NCBI GenBank assembly: GCA_964579785.1
Contig: CAZOIB010000261.1
Span: 1 to 45,588 of the forward strand
Source: an uncultured Lysobacter sp.
GTDB lineage: Bacteria > Pseudomonadota > Gammaproteobacteria > Burkholderiales > Usitatibacteraceae
Direction of reading: 5' to 3'
Length of the DNA stretch: 45,588 nt
The notes under the pieces were generated by a model. It was given only the letters and a program-made list of their open reading frames with translations, made no database searches and was not told where the DNA came from. How positions within the stretch are numbered: the stretch's first letter is position 1; every line of letters starts with the position of its first letter. This document shows, one piece after another, positions 28,901 to 34,922 of this stretch. The position numbers were made by a program, and so were the translations under genes.

Positions 28901-29168
28901 GCAGGTCTCGACGACGCTGAATACGGTCCTCGGCGCCTTCTTCAACAGCGCCGAGTACGCGGCGCGCGCGCGCAACGACCGCGACTTCATGGGCGACGTC
29001 TACAACGCGTACATGCGGCGCGGGCCGGGCGGCGACACGGGCGGCTTCAATTTCTGGGTGGGCCAGGTACCGACCGCGGGACGCGACGGCGTCAGGGCGC
29101 AGTTCGTGCCGAGCGCCGAGTTCCAGGCCCGCGTGGCCGCGATCGTCAATGCGGGGTGCCTGCCATGA
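25983..29168 (+). CDS. Lipoprotein with about 10 BNR/Asp-box repeats (double beta-propeller, sialidase/Sortilin-VPS10/GH74-like fold) and four C-terminal DUF4214-like repeats
   Basis: Track ORF 25896..29168 trimmed to ATG 25983. Lipobox LIGAAALGGC. Repeated S/T-x-D-x-G-x-T-W/F motifs, for example RSTDGGATWTAL, KSTDGGNTWTV, RTTDGGASWAV and KTTDGGATWSNV. The C-terminus has FYRTILGREPDAGGLAFW-type repeats. Confidence 0.88.
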   Translation: MKRHDAASLACLLIGAAALGGCAVTDARMGRTERTGDATAAAGEVGQGGAIAPGMLPAQWVSVPRSYLKPRQDWFLLQRTYPVGAIPVDALVKAMRQRDLVPEDKSRSHTSASIYHKITESSPFSSVGPAGFTSNVAPAWGAMSGRVRDIAIDPTNASRIFIAAATGGTWRSTDGGATWTALTDTQDTLSTSAVAIDPQNPNTIYAGTGEGPSGAYYGVGLLKSTDGGNTWTVNARSTFARHAIARVLVSPTDSNVVLVCSTSSSHTPGGGIAASSGSVGVFRSTDGGVTFTQTAAGQTCQSLVADPGNFANLYASLAGSGSARDGLYKSTNGGVTFTQLAGGAPTGVSRIALGISADGMTIYGGGKEGDTTRIWKSTDAGATWAALAGAPDYCEKQCDYDNAIAVAPHNANVAFFGGVPLYRTLDGGATFVQLGDNNDSTTRPLHVDHHAFAFAPGSSTTLYNGNDGGLYVTTDAQGTLPAWTSLGGTLATLQPYNVALHPTNASIMLAGFQDNGTELRTGSNLWSERCGGDGGIAMIDHKTPTTMYCSFGAGNIGISKSIDGGVTFAADASVPSKAAGDRAAFIPALAMDPVTSTTLYAGTQRLWRTTDGGASWAVQSASPDLTGGGEATVTMIAIAPSAPATIMVVTSDGLVQRSTDAGVTFVNVTKAPLPGRFATSAAIHPTNPLVAYVGFSGFDDGTPGTPGHLFKTTDGGATWSNVTGNLPDTPVNAIAIRPDAPEEVYAGTDVGTFLTLNGAAPWAKLTVGLPNAGVIDIKANATTNLLAIATYGRSVFTATLKTASPSFEANVQTVVTGFYRTILGREPDAGGLAFWTAEATRVVGLGADVKEVFYAMAMQFFSSAEYVAKNASDAQYITDMYKTFFVRDPSASELGYWQGELTAVQSRSALLNSFLFAQEFSNAMTALFGTTSVRPEVNMTMDLYRGTYGRLPDSAGFNGWLGVIRQAQCQGATQVSTTLNTVLGAFFNSAEYAARARNDRDFMGDVYNAYMRRGPGGDTGGFNFWVGQVPTAGRDGVRAQFVPSAEFQARVAAIVNAGCLP

Positions 29169-29413
29169 ACGCCCCGCCTGAACGCCCACCCCTGCCCGAC
29201 CGCCTGGCCGTGGATTCGCGCAGCCCCCATTACGTGGCTGCCGTGCTCGAGCACGACATCGGCATCCGCCTGAACGACCACGAGCGCAACGACGTCGAGG
29301 AGTACTGCCTCAGCGAGGGCTGGGTGAAGGTGCCGGTTGGCAACAAGGTGGACCGCAAGGGCCAGCCGCTCCTCATCAAGCTCCGGGGCAAGGTCGAGGC
29401 GTTCTACAAGTAG
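29165..29413 (+). CDS. DUF3297-family small protein
   Basis: End of track ORF 28886..29413. ATG 29165 overlaps the upstream stop (ATGA). The sequence DRLAVDSRSPHYVAAVLEHDIGIRLNDHERNDVEEYCLSEGWVKV matches my recollection of DUF3297. Confidence 0.8.
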   Translation: MNAPPERPPLPDRLAVDSRSPHYVAAVLEHDIGIRLNDHERNDVEEYCLSEGWVKVPVGNKVDRKGQPLLIKLRGKVEAFYK

Positions 29414-29496
29414 GCCCAACGGTTGCGCGTTTCTGGGTAAGCTGGAAGCGCTTGAACCCGGCAGTTTTTCGCGAACGTGACATGGAGGCGAAGGCC

Positions 29497-29613
29497 ATGA
29501 GCCACAGCAAGGACAAGGACACGAAGAAGATGGTCAAGAAGGAGCCCCTGAAGACTCCCAAGGAAAAGAAGGAAGCCAAGAAGCTCAAGAAACTGGAACG
29601 GCAACGCGGCTGA
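29497..29613 (+). CDS. Candidate 38-aa lysine-rich small protein (alternative start 29482, 43 aa)
   Basis: Below the track's length cut-off. GGAGG lies 8 nt upstream of ATG 29497. Sequence MSHSKDKDTKKMVKKEPLKTPKEKKEAKKLKKLERQRG. About 37 of 43 third positions are G/C, and Lys is almost all AAG, matching genome coding bias. The antisense alternative would need rare CTT/TTT codons. Confidence 0.5.
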   Translation: MSHSKDKDTKKMVKKEPLKTPKEKKEAKKLKKLERQRG

Positions 29614-29756
29614 TCGGCGGCGCGTACCGGCCGGCGGATTCGCTGCGCCATGCCGCCGTTCCCGGCCGTGGTTGCCGTCGCAACGGGTATTGACCTGCAT
29701 CAGAGCGCCCGGCCCTCGAGCGCAGAGACTGAAAATGTCCTGATGGAGGGCTCCAC

Positions 29757-30503
29757 ATGAACGCGAGAAACGATCGTGCCGCGTGGCTCAAGGGCCCCGC
29801 CGCTTCCTGCAGCGTCCCGCCGCAAGCCAGGGAGCATCCCCGCCGCTTCATCCTGCTGGGGGCGCCCGGCGTCGGCAAGGGCACCCAGGCTGAACTGTTG
29901 AGCGAGCGCCTCGGCGCCTGCCAGCTTTCCACGGGGGATGTCTTCCGGGCCGCGAAGTCCGGCGACGCCTGCGAACGGACCCCGGCCATCAACAGCGCCC
30001 TCGAGGCGATGCGCAAGGGCGAGCTCGTGTCGGACGACACCGTGCTCGACGTCATCCGGGAACGGGCCGGCTGCCTGAAATGCGGCGGAGGGTTCCTGCT
30101 GGACGGCTTCCCGCGCACCGTCACGCAGGCCGAGGCGCTGACGCAGCTGCTGGAGCAGGAGGACATCGCGCTCGACGGCGTGCTGAGCTACGAGCTGCCG
30201 CTCGAGACCATCGTCGCGCGACTGAGCGGACGCCGTACCTGCCAGAAGTGCAAGGCGGTCTACCACGTGCAGTCGAAGCCGCCGCAAGTGGAGGGCGTGT
30301 GCGACGCGTGCGGAGGCGGGCTCTTCCAGCGCGAGGACGATCGGCCGGAGTCGGTGAAGGTGCGCATGGCTGCTTACGCTTCCAGCACCGCACCGCTCAC
30401 CGATTACTACCGCAAGCGCAACCTGCTCGCGAGCATTCCGGCCGAGGGGTCTCCCGAGGAAATCTACCAGCGCACGATGGAGAAGCTCGAGGCCATGGCC
30501 TGA
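29757..30503 (+). CDS. adk: Adenylate kinase with a four-Cys zinc-lid and a 29-aa N-terminal extension
   Basis: Track ORF, 248 aa. GGAGGG lies 6 nt upstream of the ATG. P-loop LLGAPGVGKGTQ. Landmarks LSTGDVFRAA and LLDGFPRT. Lid sequence RRTCQKCKAVYHV...GVCDACGG. Confidence 0.9.
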   Translation: MNARNDRAAWLKGPAASCSVPPQAREHPRRFILLGAPGVGKGTQAELLSERLGACQLSTGDVFRAAKSGDACERTPAINSALEAMRKGELVSDDTVLDVIRERAGCLKCGGGFLLDGFPRTVTQAEALTQLLEQEDIALDGVLSYELPLETIVARLSGRRTCQKCKAVYHVQSKPPQVEGVCDACGGGLFQREDDRPESVKVRMAAYASSTAPLTDYYRKRNLLASIPAEGSPEEIYQRTMEKLEAMA

Positions 30504-30546
30504 GGCCGGGGGCAGGCGCCGAACGCTGCAACCGGCACCTGCTCCA

Positions 30547-31626
30547 TTACCAGCGGCAGGTTCCCTCGCCGATCTCGTTCGCGAGCAGCGGCACCACGGC
30601 CAGCAGGCCGAGGCCCTTGTAGGCGTCCTTGCAGTCGGGCTTCCACGCCTTTTCGATTGCCAACTGTTCCTTCGTCTTGCGTTCCGGCGCCGGCGGCATG
30701 GCGAATGGCAGGAGGGCGCGATTGCCGGTGCCTTCGCGGGCGACTTCGCGTGCCCGCGCGCGCGCTGCGTCCAGGTCGATGCGGGGCGCGCCTCCGGGCG
30801 AGGGAGCTTCCGCGGCCGGCGGCCGGCGGTTGTCGAAGATCGGCGAGTCCCGCGGCGATGGCCCGCCGGCGGATGCGGGTTCGCGGGCGCCGGCAGGTTC
30901 GGCGGCGGTGGCTGCAGGCTTTGCGGTTGCCGGTGCCGCCGCGGGGGCGGCGCGCGGTGCGGGTGCCGCGACAGTCACTGCGGGATCCAGGCTCGGCGAG
31001 GCCGCGGGCAATGTCGTGGTCGACAACAGCGGCGTCGGGACGATAGGGACTGCACGCGGCTTCGGCACCGGCAACAGTTCGGCCGGCGGCGCCAGGTTCG
31101 TCTCGATGGCCGGGCGCGGGGCGAATTCGAGCGTCGGCACCGACACGACCGGCACTTCCCGCGGGACGGGCACCACGCGCGGCGCGGGCACCAGGTCGGT
31201 TGCCGCCGGCAAGACCGGCGTTTCCAGCAAGGCAGGGGGCACGGGAGCTGCATCGAACACCTGGGCGGCTTCGGGTTCCGGCAGCGGACGCTGGGGCACG
31301 GGAGGCGCCGCCGCTTCCTTCGCCTCCCGGCGCCGCTCGAGCAGCTCGGAACCCGGCAGGCGCATCCGCGGGTCACGGACGGCGCCTGTGCCACTGCCCG
31401 AATCGAGCAACGGCCCGCGAATCGTCACGTCGAGCGAGCCCCACATCGCACGGCCCTGCGACGAACCACCGCTCGGGCTGCCGAACAGCAGGATGAAGAG
31501 CGCATGCAGCAGCAGGGAGAGAACGACGAACTGCGTGAGCGAGGGCCCCGGCTTGCGGCCGCCGCGACGATACGCGGGCGGCGGCGGGCGACGGACCTCG
31601 AGGCGGCGGGAAGCGACGGACGGCAA
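30547..31626 (-). CDS. Proline/alanine-rich membrane-anchored protein with a conserved-looking Cys-containing C-terminal domain
   Basis: Lower part of track ORF 30547..31842(-). No ATG lies upstream of the TM helix LTQFVVLSLLLHALFILLFG, so I propose a TTG start at 31626, 8 nt after the upstream stop; the start is uncertain. The C-terminus reads EKAWKPDCKDAYKGLGLLAVVPLLANEIGEGTCRW. Confidence 0.6.
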   Translation of the reverse strand: MPSVASRRLEVRRPPPPAYRRGGRKPGPSLTQFVVLSLLLHALFILLFGSPSGGSSQGRAMWGSLDVTIRGPLLDSGSGTGAVRDPRMRLPGSELLERRREAKEAAAPPVPQRPLPEPEAAQVFDAAPVPPALLETPVLPAATDLVPAPRVVPVPREVPVVSVPTLEFAPRPAIETNLAPPAELLPVPKPRAVPIVPTPLLSTTTLPAASPSLDPAVTVAAPAPRAAPAAAPATAKPAATAAEPAGAREPASAGGPSPRDSPIFDNRRPPAAEAPSPGGAPRIDLDAARARAREVAREGTGNRALLPFAMPPAPERKTKEQLAIEKAWKPDCKDAYKGLGLLAVVPLLANEIGEGTCRW

Positions 31627-31633
31627 GCGCGAC

Positions 31634-33361
31634 CTACGGTTGCGGTGGGCGCAGGAAGTCGAAGTCCACGCCCTGGTCGGCTTGCGTGACCGTGTCGAGG
31701 AAGAGCTTGAGGTGGCCCCGCGGCGCGTTGGGCGGCGCCACCGGCGAAGCGGCCCGGCGCCGTTCGAGTTCGGCATCGGCCACGAGGAGTTCCAGCGAGC
31801 GGCCGGCCACGTCGAGACGGATGCGGTCGCCCGTCTGCACATGGGCCAGCGGGCCGCCCAGCGCTGCCTCGGGAATCACGTGCAGCACGATGGTGCCGGC
31901 GGCGGTGCCGCTCATGCGCCCGTCGGAGATGCGCACCATGTCCTTCACGCCCGCGCGCGCGAGCTTCTTGGGGATGGGCAGGTAGCCCGCCTCGGGCATG
32001 CCCGGCGCGCCCTTGGGCCCGATGTTCTTGAGGACCAGGATGTCCGCGGCGCTCACGTCGAGGTCGTCGCGATCGATGCGGTCGGCGAGATCGAGCGCGT
32101 TCTCGAACACCACGGCACGGCCTTCGTGCTGCATGAGCTTCGCGTCCGCCGCGGACTGCTTGATGATCGCGCCGCCGGGAGCGAGGTTGCCGCGCAGCAC
32201 GGCGATGCCGCCCTGCGCGAAGATCGGCCGGGCCCGCGGCCGGATCACGTCCTGCGGGAAGCCGGCGCCGGAAGCGTCGATTTCCTCCCCGAGCGTGCGC
32301 CCGGTGACCGTCAGGGCATCGAGGTTCAAGAGCGGCTTCAGTTCGCGCAGCAAGGCCGGCACGCCGCCCGCGTGGTGGAAGTCCTCCATGTAGTGCTGGC
32401 CGGAAGGCTTGAGGTCGACGAGCACCGGCGTCTCGCGCCCAAGCGCGTCCAGGCGGGCCAAGTCCACGGGGATGCCCAGGCGGCCGGCGATGGCGGTGAG
32501 GTGGATGATGCCGTTGGTGGATCCGCCGATGGCCAGCAGCACGCGCAGGGCGTTCTCCACGGACTGCGCGGTGATGATCCGGTCCGGGGTTAGCTTGCTT
32601 TTCGCGAGGGCGACCGCGGTGGTGCCGGAGCGCTCCGCGATGCGCATGCGGTCGGCGGTGACGGCCGGCGGCGAGGCGCTGCCGGGCAGGGCGATGCCGA
32701 GGGCCTCCGCGACGCACGCCATGGTGCTTGCCGTCCCCATCACCGAGCAGGTGCCCACGCTCGCGACGAGCTGGTCGTTGACGCGCGCGACTTCGGCCGC
32801 GTCGATCTCGCCCGCGCGGTAGCGCCCCCAGTAGCGGCGGCAGTCGGTGCAGGCGCCGACCCGCTCGCCGTCGTGCGAGCCGGTGAGCATCGAGCCGGTG
32901 ACGAGCTGGATCGCCGGAACCCCCGCGGAGGCGGCACCCATCAGTTGCGCGGGCACCGTCTTGTCGCATCCACCCAGCAGCACCACGGCGTCCATGGGGG
33001 CGGCGCGGATCATCTCCTCGGTGTCCATCGACATGAGGTTGCGCAGGTACATGCTGGTGGGGTGCGAAAAACTCTCGTGCAGCGAGATGGTGGGGAAGTC
33101 CACCGGCAGCCCGCCCGCCAGCATCACGCCGCGGCGCACCGCCTCGAGGAGCTGCGGCGCGTTGCCGTGGCAGGGGTTGTAGCCGCTCGCTGTGTTGGCG
33201 ATGCCGATGACCGGCCGCGACAGGGCGTCGTCGGTGTAGCCCGCGCCCTTGATGAAGGCCTTGCGCAGGAAGAGGGAGAAGCCCGTGTCGCCGTAGCTGG
33301 TGAGGCCCTTGGAGAGGCCGGTCGCGGGCTTGGGGGGCGGTGATTTCGGTTCATTCGGCAT
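31634..33361 (-). CDS. IlvD/Edd-family dehydratase (dihydroxy-acid / sugar-acid dehydratase type)
   Basis: Track ORF, 575 aa. Landmarks PVIGIANTASGYNPCH, LLGGCDKTVPA, TCSVMGTASTM, GGSTNGIIHL and ISDGRMSG. The N-terminus resembles the arabinonate/xylonate-dehydratase subgroup more than canonical IlvD (inference). Confidence 0.88.
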   Translation of the reverse strand: MPNEPKSPPPKPATGLSKGLTSYGDTGFSLFLRKAFIKGAGYTDDALSRPVIGIANTASGYNPCHGNAPQLLEAVRRGVMLAGGLPVDFPTISLHESFSHPTSMYLRNLMSMDTEEMIRAAPMDAVVLLGGCDKTVPAQLMGAASAGVPAIQLVTGSMLTGSHDGERVGACTDCRRYWGRYRAGEIDAAEVARVNDQLVASVGTCSVMGTASTMACVAEALGIALPGSASPPAVTADRMRIAERSGTTAVALAKSKLTPDRIITAQSVENALRVLLAIGGSTNGIIHLTAIAGRLGIPVDLARLDALGRETPVLVDLKPSGQHYMEDFHHAGGVPALLRELKPLLNLDALTVTGRTLGEEIDASGAGFPQDVIRPRARPIFAQGGIAVLRGNLAPGGAIIKQSAADAKLMQHEGRAVVFENALDLADRIDRDDLDVSAADILVLKNIGPKGAPGMPEAGYLPIPKKLARAGVKDMVRISDGRMSGTAAGTIVLHVIPEAALGGPLAHVQTGDRIRLDVAGRSLELLVADAELERRRAASPVAPPNAPRGHLKLFLDTVTQADQGVDFDFLRPPQP

Positions 33362-33466
33362 GTGTCGTCCGGAATTTCAAATGGATCGCTGCCCCCGAGT
33401 CTATCAACTGTATCGCCCGCGAACATGGCACCGGCGGAGCACATCCGGCGTTATCATTGTTAACGC

Positions 33467-33495
33467 TTGCCGCTATTAACGACTAGCGTTAATAT
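33467..33495 (+). promoter_or_regulatory. Putative higBA promoter (TTGCCG-N17-TAATAT) with an embedded operator palindrome ATTAACG-N5-CGTTAAT
   Basis: -35-like hexamer at 33467-33472 and -10-like hexamer at 33490-33495. Inverted repeat at 33475-33493, plus a third GTTAACGC half-site at 33459-33466. The GTG start of higB lies only 7 nt after the -10. Confidence 0.5.
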
Positions 33496-33501
33496 CTGCC
33501 T

Positions 33502-33783
33502 GTGATCAAGTCCTTCGCCGACAAGGACACCGCCCGCGTGTTTGCCCGGGAGTACGTGCGCCGATTTCCGCCCATGCTGCACCCAGTGGCTTGGCGCAAG
33601 CTCGCGCAGCTACACGCGGCAACGCGCCTTGACACTCTCCGCCTCCCGCCGGGCAACCGGCTTGAGACGCTGAAGCACGATCGGGCGGGACAGCACAGCA
33701 TTCGCATCAACGACCAGTGGCGCATCTGCTTTGTCTGGAAGGACGGCGACGCCCACCAGGTGGAGATCGTGGACTACCACTGA
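33502..33783 (+). CDS. higB: Type II toxin HigB (RelE/ParE superfamily, plasmid-maintenance killer family)
   Basis: Track ORF, 93 aa, GTG start. Landmarks MIKSFADKDT...LRLPPGNRLETLKHDRAGQHSIRINDQWRICFVW...VEIVDYH. Confidence 0.92.
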   Translation: MIKSFADKDTARVFAREYVRRFPPMLHPVAWRKLAQLHAATRLDTLRLPPGNRLETLKHDRAGQHSIRINDQWRICFVWKDGDAHQVEIVDYH

Positions 33784-33794
33784 AGGAGAACGAC

Positions 33795-34097
33795 ATGGCC
33801 AAGCGCAAATTCGACCCGGTGCACCCCGGCGTGGTCCTCTCGGAGGACTTCCTCAAAGGGATGGAAATCAGCCAGTACCGTCTCGCCAAGGGCATTGGCG
33901 TATCGCCGAGGCGCATCAACGAGATTGTCCAGGGCAAGCGCGGCATCACCGCCGACACCGCCTTGCGGCTCGCGAAGTTCTTCGGCATGGAGGCGCAGTT
34001 CTGGATGAACCTGCAGTCACATTACGACCTTGAGATCGCGAAGGACGCCATCGCCGGAAAGCTCGACCGCGAGGTCGAGGTGCTGAGAGCCGCGTGA
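33795..34097 (+). CDS. higA: Type II antitoxin HigA (XRE-type HTH)
   Basis: End of track ORF 33717..34097. AAGGAGA lies 5 nt upstream of ATG 33795. Landmarks HPGVVLSEDFL...SQYRLAKGIGVSPRRINEIVQGKRGITADTALRLAKFFG. Confidence 0.92.
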   Translation: MAKRKFDPVHPGVVLSEDFLKGMEISQYRLAKGIGVSPRRINEIVQGKRGITADTALRLAKFFGMEAQFWMNLQSHYDLEIAKDAIAGKLDREVEVLRAA

Positions 34098-34111
34098 GAG
34101 CGTAACCGCCG

Positions 34112-34921
34112 TTACTTGCCGCGGAACACGGGCTTGCGCTTTTCCATGAAAGCCGTGCGCCCCTCGGCGTAGTCCTCGCTCTCGAAGCAGTCGAGGATCA
34201 GGCGGCGGCAGAGTTCCATGTCGATGTCGGCGTCGGGCTTGAGCACTTCCCGGATGATGCGCTTGCCGGCCTTCACCGTGAGCGGGGCGCCGGTTGCGAT
34301 CATCGTTGCATATTCGGCGACCAGCGCGTCGAGCTCCTCCACGGGCACGACGCGGTTCACGAGGCCGATGGCGCGGGCTTCGTCGGCAGGCAGGCGCCGT
34401 CCCGTGAAGAAGATGTCCTTGGCGAAGCCGGGCCCGACCAGGTCGACCAAGTTCTTGAGCGCGGAGTAGCGGTAGCCGAGCCCCAGCCGCGTGGCGGGGA
34501 CGGCGTAGACCGAGTCGGAAGCGGCCAGCCGGATGTCGCAGCTGATGGCGACGTTCACGCCGCCGCCGATGCAGTAGCCGCGGATGGCCGCGAGGGTGGG
34601 CTTGCCGAAGTCGTGGATGCCCATGAGCGCGTCCTCGGCCATCACCTCGTAGCGCTTGACGGCCTCGCGGGCGGCGCGCATGTCCTCGAACTGGGAGATG
34701 TCGGCGCCCGAGACGAAGGACTTGGTGCCTTCGCCGGAGAACACGACGAGGCGCACGGTGTCGTCCTTCTCCGCCTGGCCGAGGAGCGGCGGGATCGCTT
34801 CCCACATGTCCACCGAAAGGGCGTTGTGCTTCGCCGGGTTGTTGAAGCGGATGTGCAGCACGGCGCCGTCCTGCCAGGCCTTCACGCGCTCGGTGGGGGA
34901 GACGTAGGTCGGTGCAATCAT
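34112..34921 (-). CDS. Enoyl-CoA hydratase/isomerase (crotonase) family protein
   Basis: Track ORF, 269 aa. Landmarks FNNPAKHNAL, VVFSGEG.KSFVSGADI and GYCIGGGVNVAISCDIR. Confidence 0.9.
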   Translation of the reverse strand: MIAPTYVSPTERVKAWQDGAVLHIRFNNPAKHNALSVDMWEAIPPLLGQAEKDDTVRLVVFSGEGTKSFVSGADISQFEDMRAAREAVKRYEVMAEDALMGIHDFGKPTLAAIRGYCIGGGVNVAISCDIRLAASDSVYAVPATRLGLGYRYSALKNLVDLVGPGFAKDIFFTGRRLPADEARAIGLVNRVVPVEELDALVAEYATMIATGAPLTVKAGKRIIREVLKPDADIDMELCRRLILDCFESEDYAEGRTAFMEKRKPVFRGK

Positions 34922-34922
34922 T

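Noticed and set aside
26019-29189. 1056-aa minus-strand ORF covering the whole BNR lipoprotein gene
   Set aside because: The + strand carries a lipobox, about ten Asp-box motifs and DUF4214-like repeats. The minus-frame product is Arg/Gly/Asp/Ala low-complexity sequence. It is an antisense artefact of GC-rich coding sequence.
29376-29700. Two minus-strand ORFs (91 and 98 aa), Phe/Leu-rich, between DUF3297 and adk
   Set aside because: Their hydrophobic character is simply the complement of an AAG (Lys) run. They would require rare CTT/TTT codons in a high-GC genome. The + strand micro-ORF has the proper codon bias and an SD.
33362-34111. Mobile-element borders around higBA
   Set aside because: I saw no flanking direct or inverted repeats, integrase, transposase or tRNA target. 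Only the GC dip suggests acquisition.
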